64,000 nt of DNA, from positions 240,169 to 304,168 of the forward strand of contig JBBRPR010000002.1 in NCBI GenBank assembly GCA_038227875.1, written 5' to 3'. Origin of the DNA: Planctomycetota bacterium (GTDB lineage: Bacteria > Planctomycetota > SZUA-567 > H5-PLA8). The notes below the pieces were generated by a model, which was not told the origin of the DNA, made no database searches, and saw only the letters and a list, made by a program, of their open reading frames with translations. Both the position numbers and the translations under genes were made by a program. Below are positions 1-10,248 of the stretch, piece by piece; within the stretch, counting starts at the first letter, position 1; the number at the start of each line of letters is the position of its first letter.

Positions 1-62
1 GCGTCCGTCGCCATGCCGGTCTGGAGCACGTATTTGACAAATGTTTCGTCGCTATTCGCCAT
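1..62 (-). CDS. 5' fragment of a gene continuing beyond the window (MANSDETFVKYVLQTGMATD...), possibly a Ser/Thr kinase-type N-terminus
   Basis: Manual translation of the minus strand from ATG at 62 stays open to the window edge; not in the ORF track; product guess from N-terminal style only. Confidence 0.35.
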   Translation of the reverse strand, partial: MANSDETFVKYVLQTGMATD

Positions 63-283
63 GCGTAACGTGACACCCACCCGATCGCCAGCGCTAATAC
101 TGCCTGAAAGATCGATCTCGTGCAAGGCGGATGACTTAGAGACGACAGCTTTTCCCTGCGCGAGGTGCGTTCCACGCTTAAATACACCGCAGACTTTCAC
201 AGAAGCTATTGTTTTGAAAGAAGTTAGGCACGTGTGCGCAAGAATTTCCGAGTGTTGTTGTACCTCTTATACACAATTCAATA

Positions 284-799
284 TTAACGCGGAGCGCGTT
301 TGCGAATGGCTTTGGCGGGCACTCCGGCATACACGGTTCCGGGTGGAACGTCTTTGGTGACGACCGCTCCGGCGCCGATCGTGGCGCCTTCGCCGATCGT
401 TACACCGCACAAAATCGCAACATTCGATCCGATCGCGGCGCGTTTGCAGATGTGCGTGGGTTCGCATTTCCAGTCGCCGGGCTTGACGGGGCTGCCATCG
501 GGAAGCACGGCGGCGGGATAGCGGTCGTTGATGAACGTGACGCCATGTCCGATGAAACATTCGTCGTCGATCGTCACGGCTTCGCAGATAAACGTGTGGC
601 TTTGAATTTTACAGCGCTTGCCGATTACCGCGCCTTTTTGAATTTCGACGAAGGCGCCGACCTTCGTTCCATCGCCGATGCTGCAGCCGTAGAGATTGAC
701 AAACGAAAAGATGCCGACGTTTTCACCGAGCACCACGTCGGGTGCGATGCGGATGAAATTTTCGCGGTCGTAATTCGCATCGCGTTTTGGATGAGCCAC
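284..799 (-). CDS. Left-handed beta-helix acyltransferase (WxcM/WbpD-like nucleotide-sugar N-acetyltransferase)
   Basis: Hexapeptide repeats, 'GVTFINDRYP', C-terminal 'IGAGAVVTKDVP..GVPAK'; GTG start with GGGGAG RBS. Confidence 0.85.
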   Translation of the reverse strand: MAHPKRDANYDRENFIRIAPDVVLGENVGIFSFVNLYGCSIGDGTKVGAFVEIQKGAVIGKRCKIQSHTFICEAVTIDDECFIGHGVTFINDRYPAAVLPDGSPVKPGDWKCEPTHICKRAAIGSNVAILCGVTIGEGATIGAGAVVTKDVPPGTVYAGVPAKAIRKRAPR

Positions 800-897
800 G
801 TGAATCGCTACTCCCCTAAATATGCCCAGGCATGAAATGCTGCTTCCTGCCCGCTTAAGTGTCGTCAGACGAAGTGAAAGGTTACCACCGGGTGAAG

Positions 898-1662
898 TCA
901 GCGCTTCCGCACGACATCATCGGCGGCATAATCGTAATGGCCGGCTTGAGCATAAAAGCCAAAGAGTCGCTTTTGTTCCTCGGTCAATCCGGCGATCACA
1001 TCCGGCGAGAGGCTCTTGGTGTAATCCCACTGCGGCCGCACCCACGGACGGCTGTAGAAGGCATGAATGGCGCGGCGCGGTTTGCTGGTTTTGTTGGCGC
1101 TGCCGGCATGCCAGAGTCCGCCATTGTACGCGATGAGACTGCCGGCGGGCGCTTCGAGATAAATAGCTTCCTTCTCGATGGCGTCGCGGTCCATCTTGCC
1201 CTTGATCCACATGCGATCCTGGCTGCGCGGCACGATTCGGGTGCAGCCGTTTTCGCGGGTGAAGTCATCGAGGCAATGCAACGCGTTGATGTAGAGCACC
1301 GAGCCGGGAATCGTTTCGTTCTGATCGATGTGGAGATCCTGCTTCACGCCACCGGGTGTCATCGTCAGACCATTGAGGCTCGCCAGAACGCAGTTCTCGC
1401 CCAGCAGCATTTGCATCAAGGGCAGCACGCGGGGATTTAAAGCAAACGAACGGAACCAGGCGTGCTTCTGAGGCAGCAGGTAGGCCACTTTGTAGGTGGT
1501 GTTGTGCCAGCCGCGCTCCGGGCCAATTTCCTTTTCGCGTTCGAAGATTTCTTCCAGCGCGGCGTTGGTGGTGTCGAGCTGCGTGCGATCGAGCGCATCC
1601 GGGAGGATCGTGTATCCCTGGGTGCGCAACTCGTCTGCATGGACTTCCAGCGTTCGGGCCAT
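898..1662 (-). CDS. Phytanoyl-CoA dioxygenase (PhyH) family Fe(II)/2OG oxygenase
   Basis: HxD ('LHIDQ'), 'NGCTRIVPRS', distal His 'WHAGSAN', 2OG-binding Arg 'RRAI'. Confidence 0.85.
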   Translation of the reverse strand: MARTLEVHADELRTQGYTILPDALDRTQLDTTNAALEEIFEREKEIGPERGWHNTTYKVAYLLPQKHAWFRSFALNPRVLPLMQMLLGENCVLASLNGLTMTPGGVKQDLHIDQNETIPGSVLYINALHCLDDFTRENGCTRIVPRSQDRMWIKGKMDRDAIEKEAIYLEAPAGSLIAYNGGLWHAGSANKTSKPRRAIHAFYSRPWVRPQWDYTKSLSPDVIAGLTEEQKRLFGFYAQAGHYDYAADDVVRKR

Positions 1663-1667
1663 TTTCT

Positions 1668-2795
1668 TTACGCCATGGCGGGAGATTTGACATGTGCCAC
1701 GCCGGCCGGCGCCGTGGCCGTGGATTGATTACGGACCAGTGAGACAGGCATGAACTTGCGTTCGGCCTTGGTCACTTTTCCGGTCATCAATTCCAGGAAC
1801 TGACGGGCGGCAACGCGGCCGGTTTCGGCATAGTCGACGAACGTGGAGGTGATGAAGCGGCCGGGTTCGAATTCCAGATTGTAGTTGCCGAATCCGCCCG
1901 TGACGCTGATGTCCTCGGGAATACGATAGCCGAGCTTTTTCAATTCCTGAATGAACGAGAGCGCCGAACCATCCGTGTTGGTCACGAAGGCCGTGGGCGC
2001 TGGGCGGCGGCCGAGGACGCGCAGCAGCATTTCCTGGATCGCCTCCGGCGAGCGGCGGCCGTATTCCTGAATATCCAGCGAGAGCCCGGCATCCTGCATC
2101 GCGACGCAGTAACCTTTCAGGCGTTCGTCTTCGATCAGCGTCAACGAACTGTTGTTGTGAACCTTGCTGACCATCAACGGGCGCAGGAAGGTGATGTGTT
2201 TGTGGCCCTGCTCGATCAGGAGCTTGGTGGTCTGGAAGGTGCCGAAGACGTTGTCGAAGACCACCGACGAGACGCCGTGGCGGTAGCAGTCGTGGTCGAT
2301 GGAGAGCAGCGGCAGGCGCATTTCCAGCAGTTCAAAGATCACGCGGTCGGCGTCGACTTCGAACAGAACCAAACCGCCGAGCTTGAGTTTGGAGAGCTCG
2401 GTCTCCAGCGCCAGGCGGTCGAGCTGGATCAGCGAACAGGGAATCAGCGTGAACCCGGCGGTCTGCAGTTCGGTCGTGAGTGTATCGAGAATGGGTTTGG
2501 GGTAGGGCATGCCTTGCAGGTATTCCGGAGGTCCGGAGTGGAGCAGCCCAATGCGGTGTCCGCCACTGCCGGGCTTGAAGGCCTGCGACTTGATGAACAG
2601 GCCAGTGCCGCGCTTGGCTTCGATCATGCCTTCGGCGCTGAGCGCATGAATCGCCTTCTGCACGGTCTTGGTGCTGACGTTGAAGCTCTTGGCCAGCGAC
2701 CGGATGGTGGGTAGCGTTGTTCCGGGCTCGTACTGGCCATCCAGAATACGCTGGCGAAGTTGTCGTTTGATCTGCTGACTTGGGGACAGTTGCAT
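1668..2795 (-). CDS. GntR wHTH regulator with LacI-type ligand-binding domain (AraR-like architecture)
   Basis: N-terminal 'LPTIRSLAKSFNVSTKTVQKAIHAL..EG..RGTGLF'; C-terminal 'GHKHI', 'RIPEDISVTG'. Confidence 0.9.
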   Translation of the reverse strand: MQLSPSQQIKRQLRQRILDGQYEPGTTLPTIRSLAKSFNVSTKTVQKAIHALSAEGMIEAKRGTGLFIKSQAFKPGSGGHRIGLLHSGPPEYLQGMPYPKPILDTLTTELQTAGFTLIPCSLIQLDRLALETELSKLKLGGLVLFEVDADRVIFELLEMRLPLLSIDHDCYRHGVSSVVFDNVFGTFQTTKLLIEQGHKHITFLRPLMVSKVHNNSSLTLIEDERLKGYCVAMQDAGLSLDIQEYGRRSPEAIQEMLLRVLGRRPAPTAFVTNTDGSALSFIQELKKLGYRIPEDISVTGGFGNYNLEFEPGRFITSTFVDYAETGRVAARQFLELMTGKVTKAERKFMPVSLVRNQSTATAPAGVAHVKSPAMA

Positions 2796-2824
2796 GGCTC
2801 ACCTCAAAGAATCACGCTTATTGT

Positions 2825-2917
2825 ACCTGTGGTACTTCTCTATACGCTACAGCGCTCCAACTTGTGGAACTTTCTTGGAAAACGCCGATTCACAGTAAGA
2901 TGCACCTCGTAGAACTT
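2825..2917. promoter_or_regulatory. Three copies of an ACYTGTGGWACTT-like motif upstream of the GntR gene (possible operators)
   Basis: ACCTGTGGTACTT 2825-2837, ACTTGTGGAACTT 2860-2872, ACCTCGTAGAACTT 2904-2917. Confidence 0.35.
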
Positions 2918-3084
2918 AAACTATCGGGACTGCAATTTCAATATAATACTCGACTTACAAAGCCAATTTTCCGGGTAGCACACTTGCGCTTTTCTGTTGT
3001 TCTTTCTCCCCGCGCTGTAGCACACCGTCAAGAATAGACGAAGTCGGTGGCCAGCGAGCATTTACGGAGTAGATTGAGCCGGCG

Positions 3085-3978
3085 ATGAGTTCCTTTAAAT
3101 GTGCGTTTTGTGGCTCTCCTTTGTCCGTCCCGGACACTGGGGTGAAGACCATCGTCTGCCCCAATTGTATGGGTACACTGCCGCTGCCGTCCGAACCTGT
3201 TGGTGACGGTCCGCTGGCCGAGTTGCCGAACGCGCAAAAGGGTTTCCCGTTCATTCATATGTTGCTCGTCGCGCCCCTCGCGATCCTGTTCTTAGGTGTG
3301 CTCCTTCAGATGTGGTTGTCCAGGCAGTGGGGCGCGGCGGCTATCGCAGTGGTGCTGGGAGGAACTGCCGCCGCCGTACTGTTGATCCGCATGCGCGGCC
3401 GCTGGACGCTTTTTCGCGTGCTTTGGATCATGGCGCTTTCGGGCGTGTGGGTCGCGGCCAATTATCACGTGGGTATGCGGAAGCAGTGGGTACAGCGCAC
3501 GTTCGCTCCGGTGCAGACGGAATTCGCCGGATACGTGCCGCCCCCTTCGCGAGTGGTAACCGCGTCGCGGTTGATTAAGCTCAAGCTTTTTCCGCTCATT
3601 CTGCATGGCCGCGGAAAGACGCGCGTGGAAAGTAACGCGCCGACGCTTCCGATTTCTTCGGAAGACTTTAAGCTCTACGAGGAATTGCCCCCAACTCTGA
3701 AGGCCGCGAACGCAGCCGAAGTTCAATCGGTGGTGGTTGTGAATTGGGGTTGGGACGCAACGACCCGCGCTGGAACGTGCGACATCACCGTGGTCGAACG
3801 TAAGACGCGAATGATTCTGGCGGCGACGAAGTTGACCCATGCGGACACGTCGGCTGAAGCGCACGGTCCAGATTGGCGCGGTGTGCAGCCTTCAGTGAAA
3901 GAGGTGTTGAGTTATCTGGAGAAGCTGGGCATCGAGGCGGAACGCACACCGCAACCTGAAGCGACTGGGACTGATTGA
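3085..3978 (+). CDS. Hypothetical membrane protein with N-terminal zinc ribbon
   Basis: CAFC...CPNC followed by about three hydrophobic segments. Confidence 0.7.
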   Translation: MSSFKCAFCGSPLSVPDTGVKTIVCPNCMGTLPLPSEPVGDGPLAELPNAQKGFPFIHMLLVAPLAILFLGVLLQMWLSRQWGAAAIAVVLGGTAAAVLLIRMRGRWTLFRVLWIMALSGVWVAANYHVGMRKQWVQRTFAPVQTEFAGYVPPPSRVVTASRLIKLKLFPLILHGRGKTRVESNAPTLPISSEDFKLYEELPPTLKAANAAEVQSVVVVNWGWDATTRAGTCDITVVERKTRMILAATKLTHADTSAEAHGPDWRGVQPSVKEVLSYLEKLGIEAERTPQPEATGTD

Positions 3979-4056
3979 ACAAGATTTGACGATTGGACTG
4001 TGACTTGCCGTAACCGTACGACAACACGTTGGCACACACTGGAAAAACGAACTTAC

Positions 4057-7000
4057 ATGTCGATCCGCGTCGCTCTAAACCACCGTACTGAGTACAAATT
4101 TGACCGCTTTGTAACTTTGTCGCCACATACGGTCCGACTTTCACCAGCCCCGCATGCGCGGACACCGATTTTGAGCCGGTCGCTGTCGATCAAGCCGACG
4201 AAGCATTTCATCAACATTCAACAGGACCCGTACAGCAACTATCTGGCGCGGATCGTATTTCCCGAGCCTGCGAAAGAATTGGTCATTGATGTCAGCATCA
4301 TTGCGCAAATGGTGGTGATCAATCCGTTCGATTTCTTCGTGGAAGAGTACGCCGAAAATTACCCGTTCACCTACGAGAAGGTGCTCGAACGCGAACTGAA
4401 GCCGTTCCTCGAAACCGAACCCCCGACGCCCAAACTGGCCGCCTTGCTGGAAACGATTCCGCGTCAGAAAAAACGCACGATCAATTTCATCGTCGACATC
4501 AATCAGCTGCTCCAGAAGGAGATCCAATACCTGATCCGCCTGGAACCCGGGGTCCAGGCGTGCGAAGAAACCCTGATGCTCAAATCCGGCTCCTGCCGCG
4601 ATTCGGCGTGGCTGATGGTGCAGGTCCTGCGCAACCTGGGGATCGCCGCGCGGTTTGTATCGGGTTACTTGATCCAGCTTACGCAGGACATCAAGTCGCT
4701 GGATGGTCCCAGCGGTTCCGCGACGGACTTCACCGATCTTCACGCCTGGACGGAAGCGTACCTTCCCGGCGCCGGCTGGGTCGGCTTCGATCCGACCTCG
4801 GGCTTGCTCGCGGGCGAAGGACATATCCCGCTGGCGTGCACGGCCGAACCGTCGAGCGCCGCCCCGGTCTCGGGCGCGGTCGACAAATGCGAATCGGAAA
4901 TGCATGTGTCGATGACCGTCACGCGCATTCACGAAGCGCCGCGCGTGACCAAGCCGTATCCAGAGGAGATCTGGACGGCCATTGACGCGTTGGGAATCAA
5001 AGTCGAGTCGGATCTTAAAGAACAGGACGTGCGCCTGACGATGGGCGGCGAGCCGACGTTTGTGGGCATCGACAATACCGACAACGACGAATGGAACACC
5101 GCCGCCGTTGGACCGACCAAGCGCTTCATCGCCGGAAATCTGATCAAGCGGCTGCGCAGCCGTTTCGCGCCGGGCGGTCTGCTGCATTACGGACAGGGCA
5201 AGTGGTATCCCGGCGAATCGCTGCCGCGTTGGGCGCTGGGCTGTTACTGGCGCAAGGACGGCGAACCGATCTGGAACGATCCGGAGCTGATCGCCAAGGA
5301 AGATGCGAACGAAGGTTTCGACGCCGCGCGCGCATCGCACTTTATCCGCGAGCTGGCGCAGCGGCTGGATGTCGACCCGGCCTGTTCGATTCCCGGCTAC
5401 GAAGACGTCTGGCAGTACATGCTCGCCGAACGCCGCCTGCCGGCGAACGTCGATCCGCTCGACAATCGTCTTGACGATCCCGAGACGCGCAAACGACTCA
5501 GCAAGGTTTTCGATCAGGGACTCGAAAAAATCATCGGCTACGCGCTGCCGCTGGAACGGCGCTACTTCAACGACAGCACGCGCTGGGCGACGGGACGCTG
5601 GTTCTTCCGGCGCGAGCACCTTTACCTGATCCCCGGCGATTCGCCGATGGGATTCCGCTTGCCGCTGGATTCGCATCCGTGGTCGCCGAAAGACGAGCGC
5701 GCGATCTATCCGCTCGATCCGCTCGCCGCCGCTCGGGAAGCGCTGCCGCCGTTCGCGAACTTGCGTCCGGGCGCCCAATTCATTCCCGGCGCGCACCTGC
5801 ACCCGGGCCAACGCGCCGTGGTTGCCAACAATCCGCGCGAATGGGCCGCGCAGCGCCTGTTCTGGCCGCGCAACGCGGGGAAACCGTACTCGGGTGCCGC
5901 GCCCGTGCCGCCGTTGCGTTCGCCAATTCCCGATAAGAAACGCGAGCCGCAGCAGTTCGACGTGATCCGCACGGCGCTGTGTGTGGAACCGCGCAACGGC
6001 CATCTCTACATCTTCATGCCGCCGCAGCGTTACTTGGAGGATTACCTGATCCTCGCCGCCGCGATTGAAGACACGGCCCGCGAACTGGGCACGCCGGTGG
6101 TGATCGAAGGGTACACCCCGCCGGACGACGCGCGGCTCAACGCGATTAAGGTCACGCCTGATCCGGGCGTAATTGAAGTCAACATTCACCCGGCGACGTC
6201 GTGGCAGGATCTCTCGAAGAACACGGAGATTCTCTACGCCGAAGCGCACCAGTCGCGCCTGCAGGCGGTGAAGTACATGATCGATGGCCGCCAGACCGGC
6301 ACCGGCGGCGGCAATCACATTGTCATCGGTGGCGGCACGCCCGAAGACAGTCCGATTCTGCGCCGGCCCGATGTGCTGAAATCGCTGATCGCCTTCTGGC
6401 ACAACCATCCGGCGCTGTCGTATTTGTTCTCGGGCATGTTCATCGGTCCGACCAGCCAGCATCCGCGCATCGACGAAGCGCGCCACGATTCGCTCTATGA
6501 GCTGGAGATCGCGTTCAAGAATATTCCCGACGGTGGCAACGTTCCGCCGTGGCTGGTCGACCGGACGCTGCGCAATCTGCTCATTGATTGCACCGGCAAC
6601 ACGCACCGCACGGAATTCTGCATCGACAAACTCTACTCGCCGGATACAGCCAGCGGACGCCTGGGCCTGGTCGAAATCCGCTCCTTTGAAATGCCGCCGC
6701 ACGAACGCATGAGCCTCGCGCAGCAGCTGCTGATTCGCGGCATGCTCTCCACATTCTGGAAGACGCCGTACAAGCAGAAGCTGGCGCGCTGGGGCACGGA
6801 ACTGCACGACCGTTTCATGCTGCCGCATTTCGTGAAGCAGGATTTCCAGGACGCGCTGCTGGAACTCAACGACCGCGGACTGCCGTTCTCGATGGACTGG
6901 TTCCTGCCGCACTTCGAATTCCGCTTCCCGGAACTTGGCGCTTTCGCGCAGCAGGGCATTCACGTCGAACTGCGCGCGGCGCTTGAGCCGTGGCACGTGC

Positions 7001-7470
7001 TGGGTGAAGAAAACAGCCCGGGCGGCGTGGCTCGGTACGTCGATTCGTCCGTGGAACGTCTGCAGGTGAAAGTCAAAGGCATGACCGACACGCGACATTC
7101 CGTGGTCTGCAACGGACACGCGCTGCCGCTCCATCCGACGGGAACCAACGGCGAATTCGTCGCCGGTGTGCGCTACCGCGCGTGGCAGCCGCCAAGTTGC
7201 CTGCACCCGACGATCCCGATCGATTCGCCACTGGCGTTTGATCTCTACGACAGCTGGAACAAACGCATGGTCGGCGGTTGCACGTACCACGTTGTCCATC
7301 CCGGCGGCCTCAGTTACGAGACGCTGCCGATCAACGCCAACTCCGCCGAAGCGCGCCGCATTGGACGATTCTCCATTATCCGCCAGAGGCCCGGCGCCAT
7401 GGAGGTGACGGAGCCCGAGCGCAATCCGGAATTCCCGTTCACTCTCGATCTCAGAAAAACGATGAAATAA
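4057..7470 (+). CDS. Transglutaminase-like / DUF2126 putative amidoligase fusion protein
   Basis: 'GSCRDSAW' catalytic Cys, 'DLHAW..YLPGAGWVGFDPT'; DUF2126 hallmarks 'MGGEPTFV', 'GQGKWYPGESLPRW', 'TPDPGVIEVN', 'GTGGGNH', 'GNTHRTEFCIDKL'; start reassigned to ATG 4057. Confidence 0.92.
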   Translation: MSIRVALNHRTEYKFDRFVTLSPHTVRLSPAPHARTPILSRSLSIKPTKHFINIQQDPYSNYLARIVFPEPAKELVIDVSIIAQMVVINPFDFFVEEYAENYPFTYEKVLERELKPFLETEPPTPKLAALLETIPRQKKRTINFIVDINQLLQKEIQYLIRLEPGVQACEETLMLKSGSCRDSAWLMVQVLRNLGIAARFVSGYLIQLTQDIKSLDGPSGSATDFTDLHAWTEAYLPGAGWVGFDPTSGLLAGEGHIPLACTAEPSSAAPVSGAVDKCESEMHVSMTVTRIHEAPRVTKPYPEEIWTAIDALGIKVESDLKEQDVRLTMGGEPTFVGIDNTDNDEWNTAAVGPTKRFIAGNLIKRLRSRFAPGGLLHYGQGKWYPGESLPRWALGCYWRKDGEPIWNDPELIAKEDANEGFDAARASHFIRELAQRLDVDPACSIPGYEDVWQYMLAERRLPANVDPLDNRLDDPETRKRLSKVFDQGLEKIIGYALPLERRYFNDSTRWATGRWFFRREHLYLIPGDSPMGFRLPLDSHPWSPKDERAIYPLDPLAAAREALPPFANLRPGAQFIPGAHLHPGQRAVVANNPREWAAQRLFWPRNAGKPYSGAAPVPPLRSPIPDKKREPQQFDVIRTALCVEPRNGHLYIFMPPQRYLEDYLILAAAIEDTARELGTPVVIEGYTPPDDARLNAIKVTPDPGVIEVNIHPATSWQDLSKNTEILYAEAHQSRLQAVKYMIDGRQTGTGGGNHIVIGGGTPEDSPILRRPDVLKSLIAFWHNHPALSYLFSGMFIGPTSQHPRIDEARHDSLYELEIAFKNIPDGGNVPPWLVDRTLRNLLIDCTGNTHRTEFCIDKLYSPDTASGRLGLVEIRSFEMPPHERMSLAQQLLIRGMLSTFWKTPYKQKLARWGTELHDRFMLPHFVKQDFQDALLELNDRGLPFSMDWFLPHFEFRFPELGAFAQQGIHVELRAALEPWHVLGEENSPGGVARYVDSSVERLQVKVKGMTDTRHSVVCNGHALPLHPTGTNGEFVAGVRYRAWQPPSCLHPTIPIDSPLAFDLYDSWNKRMVGGCTYHVVHPGGLSYETLPINANSAEARRIGRFSIIRQRPGAMEVTEPERNPEFPFTLDLRKTMK

Positions 7471-7668
7471 TTTACTCCGCGCCGACAAATCGCTACAATA
7501 CGTGTTCGGCGCTGGGGGGCGCATAGCAGCCCGTTGATAAACCTAAGGCCTGCGCCGTGAAACGCGTACTGCCAGGCGTTTCACGGAGAAGTTTGGCGGA
7601 CTTTACTTTTTCAACGGGCTGTAAGCAGAGCTTTGACCGGCGGCGCCGGTTGAAGTTCAGGAAGAGCA

Positions 7669-10248
7669 ATGCAAGAACAGAGTCAGACGTCGCAAAATCC
7701 CAAGGACCCCGGCATTCCCAGTGCGCTCAGCGCGGAGTGGCGTGCCGACTATCATCCCGCCGCGGACGCTTATGATGAAGTTTATTCCGGACCCGGCACG
7801 TTCCGGCCGCATTGGGACACGTTCATCAAGCAGTTCGACACGCTGGGCGAACAGGAACTCAACCGCCGCTGGGAACAAGCGCGGCGCCTGATTCACGAAA
7901 ACGGCGTCACCTACAACGTCTACGGCAATCCCCAGGGCATGAACCGCACGTGGGATCTCGACGCGCTACCGTTGCTGATTTCCGCCGAAGAATGGAAGCA
8001 TCTCGAACGCGGCCTGGTTCAGCGCGCGACTCTGATCAACGAAATTCTGGCCGATCTGTACGGCGAACAGAAGCTGCTCCACAAGGGACTGCTGCCGCCG
8101 GAATTGATTTTCGCGCATCCCGGATTTTTGCGCGCCTGCCATCGCCTGCCTGTGCACAACCGCCAGCATCTGACGCTCTACTCCGTCGATATTGGCCGCG
8201 GCGCAGACGGACGTTTCCTGGCGATCGCCGACCGGACGCAGTCGCCGGCTGGCGCTGGCTACGTGCTCGAAAACCGCATCGTTTTCTCGCGCATTTTTCC
8301 CGACGTTTTCAAAGCCTGTCACATTCAGCGCCTCGCGCTGTTCTTCCGGCGCATGCGCCAGACGCTCACTTCCCTGGCGCCGCACAACCGCGACAACCCG
8401 CGCATCGTGTTGCTCACGCCCGGACCTTTCAACGAGACGTACTTCGAGCACGCGTACCTCGCGCGCTACCTGAACTACACGCTGGTTGAAGGCGGCGACC
8501 TGACCGTACGCGATGGGTGTCTTTACTGGAAGACGCTGGGGGGGCTGCACCGCGTCGACGTGCTGTTGCGAAGACTCGATGACGACTTCTGCGATCCGCT
8601 GGAACTGCGTCCCGATTCCTCGCTGGGCGTCGCCGGGCTGGTGGAGGCGGTGCGCGCTGGCAATCTCGCCGTCGCCAATCCGCTTGGGACCGGGCTGCTG
8701 GAGACTCCGGCGCTCAACGCGTTCTTGCCGTCGCTCGCGCGCCATTTGCTCAACGACGATTTGATCCTGCCGACGGTCAGCACATTCTGGTGCGGCAAAC
8801 CCGAATGGCTCAGCCATGTCGTCGCCAATATTCAGAAGATGGTGATCAAACCGACGTACCCCGGCACGGCCATCGAGCCGGTGTACTGCGGGCATCTGTC
8901 GGCTGACGAACGCAGCGCCCTGGTCAATGCCATCAAGGCCAACCCGACTGCGTATGTGGCGCAGGAACAGGTCGCGCTTTCGACTGTTCCGGTCTGGCAC
9001 GCCGGAAAACTGCAGCCGCGACAGGCGGCGCTGCGCACGTACCTCGTTGCCGCGGACAAAACGTTCGACCTGATGCCCGGCGGTCTCACGCAGATTCTAC
9101 GCGAAGGCGAAACGCTGATGTTTTCGCTTCAGCACAGCAGCGGCAGCAAGGATACGTGGGTCCAGGCCAGCGGCCCGATCAGCGACTTTTCCATGCTGCA
9201 GCCCGCGGGGCAGAATCTGGCCATCAGCCGCGGCGGAAGCGATCTGCCTAGCCGCGTTGCGGACAATCTGTTCTGGCTGGGCCGTTATGTCGAGCGTGCT
9301 GAATCGATGGTCCGCCTGCTGCGCACGATCCTGGTGCGGCTCTCCGACAAATCCGTCTCGCTGGACGTCCACGAACTGCCGATCCTCATGTTTGCGTTCA
9401 AGCATCAGCGCCTGCGCGCCGAACACTTCAATCCGGAAAAAAAGCGCGCCGTACAGGCCGACGAGCTTGGCGATGTGCTCAAGGAAACATTCAGCCCCGG
9501 CGGTCTGTACGAAACGCTGGGTCTGCTCCAGTCCGTCGCGCGGACCGTGCGCGACCGACTGTCCAACGATGCCTGGCGCGTGATCTTGAGCCTCGACGAA
9601 TCCGTCTGGCCCAAGGGCCGCAACGAACGCATTCACGAACAGATTGCGCGGCTGAATTTCATGCTCACCACGCTCGCCTCGTTTGGCGGACTGGCCAGCG
9701 AGAGCATGACGCGCGGGCAGGTCTGGCGTTTTGTCGACATGGGCCGGCGCCTGGAGCGCGCCATCAATCTCGCGCGCTTCGTCTGCAGTACAATGGTGAA
9801 ATCGGATGTCGCCGAAGGTTCACTGCTGGAAGCTGTGCTTGAAGTCGCCGACAGCCTGATGACCTATCGGCGCCGTTATCTCGCGTCGCTGCAGCTGGCG
9901 CCCATTATCGATTTGCTGCTGATCGACCAGACCAATCCGCGCTCAATGGCTTTCCAGTTGGAAGCGCTGGGCGAACACGTAAAGAATTTACCTGGAGACA
10001 GCCGCACACCCTTCTTTACGCAGCAGGAAAAAATCGTCTTCGGTGCAACGGCGAGCCTCCGGCTGATTGATCTCGACGCCGTGTGCAAGCCTGCCGCCGA
10101 GACGGGTATCCGCCGCGATCTGGAAGCGCTGCTGGTGAAACTCGAAACCGACATGGGCAAGCTCTCCGACCTGATCACGCGCGATTACCTCAGCCACGCC
10201 CAGAGTTCGCGGCAGCTGGCGACTTTTTCACGTGAGGGCGCGTTTTGA
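7669..10248 (+). CDS. Circularly permuted ATP-grasp type 2 domain fused to alpha-E (DUF403) domain
   Basis: 'LLTPGPFNETYFEHAYLARYL', 'RRLDDDFCDPLEL', 'SKDTW', then 'SRVADNLFWLGRYVERAE', 'GRRLER', 'NPRS'. Confidence 0.92.
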   Translation: MQEQSQTSQNPKDPGIPSALSAEWRADYHPAADAYDEVYSGPGTFRPHWDTFIKQFDTLGEQELNRRWEQARRLIHENGVTYNVYGNPQGMNRTWDLDALPLLISAEEWKHLERGLVQRATLINEILADLYGEQKLLHKGLLPPELIFAHPGFLRACHRLPVHNRQHLTLYSVDIGRGADGRFLAIADRTQSPAGAGYVLENRIVFSRIFPDVFKACHIQRLALFFRRMRQTLTSLAPHNRDNPRIVLLTPGPFNETYFEHAYLARYLNYTLVEGGDLTVRDGCLYWKTLGGLHRVDVLLRRLDDDFCDPLELRPDSSLGVAGLVEAVRAGNLAVANPLGTGLLETPALNAFLPSLARHLLNDDLILPTVSTFWCGKPEWLSHVVANIQKMVIKPTYPGTAIEPVYCGHLSADERSALVNAIKANPTAYVAQEQVALSTVPVWHAGKLQPRQAALRTYLVAADKTFDLMPGGLTQILREGETLMFSLQHSSGSKDTWVQASGPISDFSMLQPAGQNLAISRGGSDLPSRVADNLFWLGRYVERAESMVRLLRTILVRLSDKSVSLDVHELPILMFAFKHQRLRAEHFNPEKKRAVQADELGDVLKETFSPGGLYETLGLLQSVARTVRDRLSNDAWRVILSLDESVWPKGRNERIHEQIARLNFMLTTLASFGGLASESMTRGQVWRFVDMGRRLERAINLARFVCSTMVKSDVAEGSLLEAVLEVADSLMTYRRRYLASLQLAPIIDLLLIDQTNPRSMAFQLEALGEHVKNLPGDSRTPFFTQQEKIVFGATASLRLIDLDAVCKPAAETGIRRDLEALLVKLETDMGKLSDLITRDYLSHAQSSRQLATFSREGAF

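Noticed and set aside
4030..4045. Sigma-54 promoter before the ligase cluster (TGGCAC)
   Set aside because: -24 box present but the -12 position reads GGAA rather than TTGC
4141..7524. 1127-aa antisense ORF, and similar ones at 33516-35732, 46673-49537, 50602-53970, 29404-31290
   Set aside because: They mirror well-supported genes on the opposite strand; expected from high-GC codon bias; no recognisable motifs
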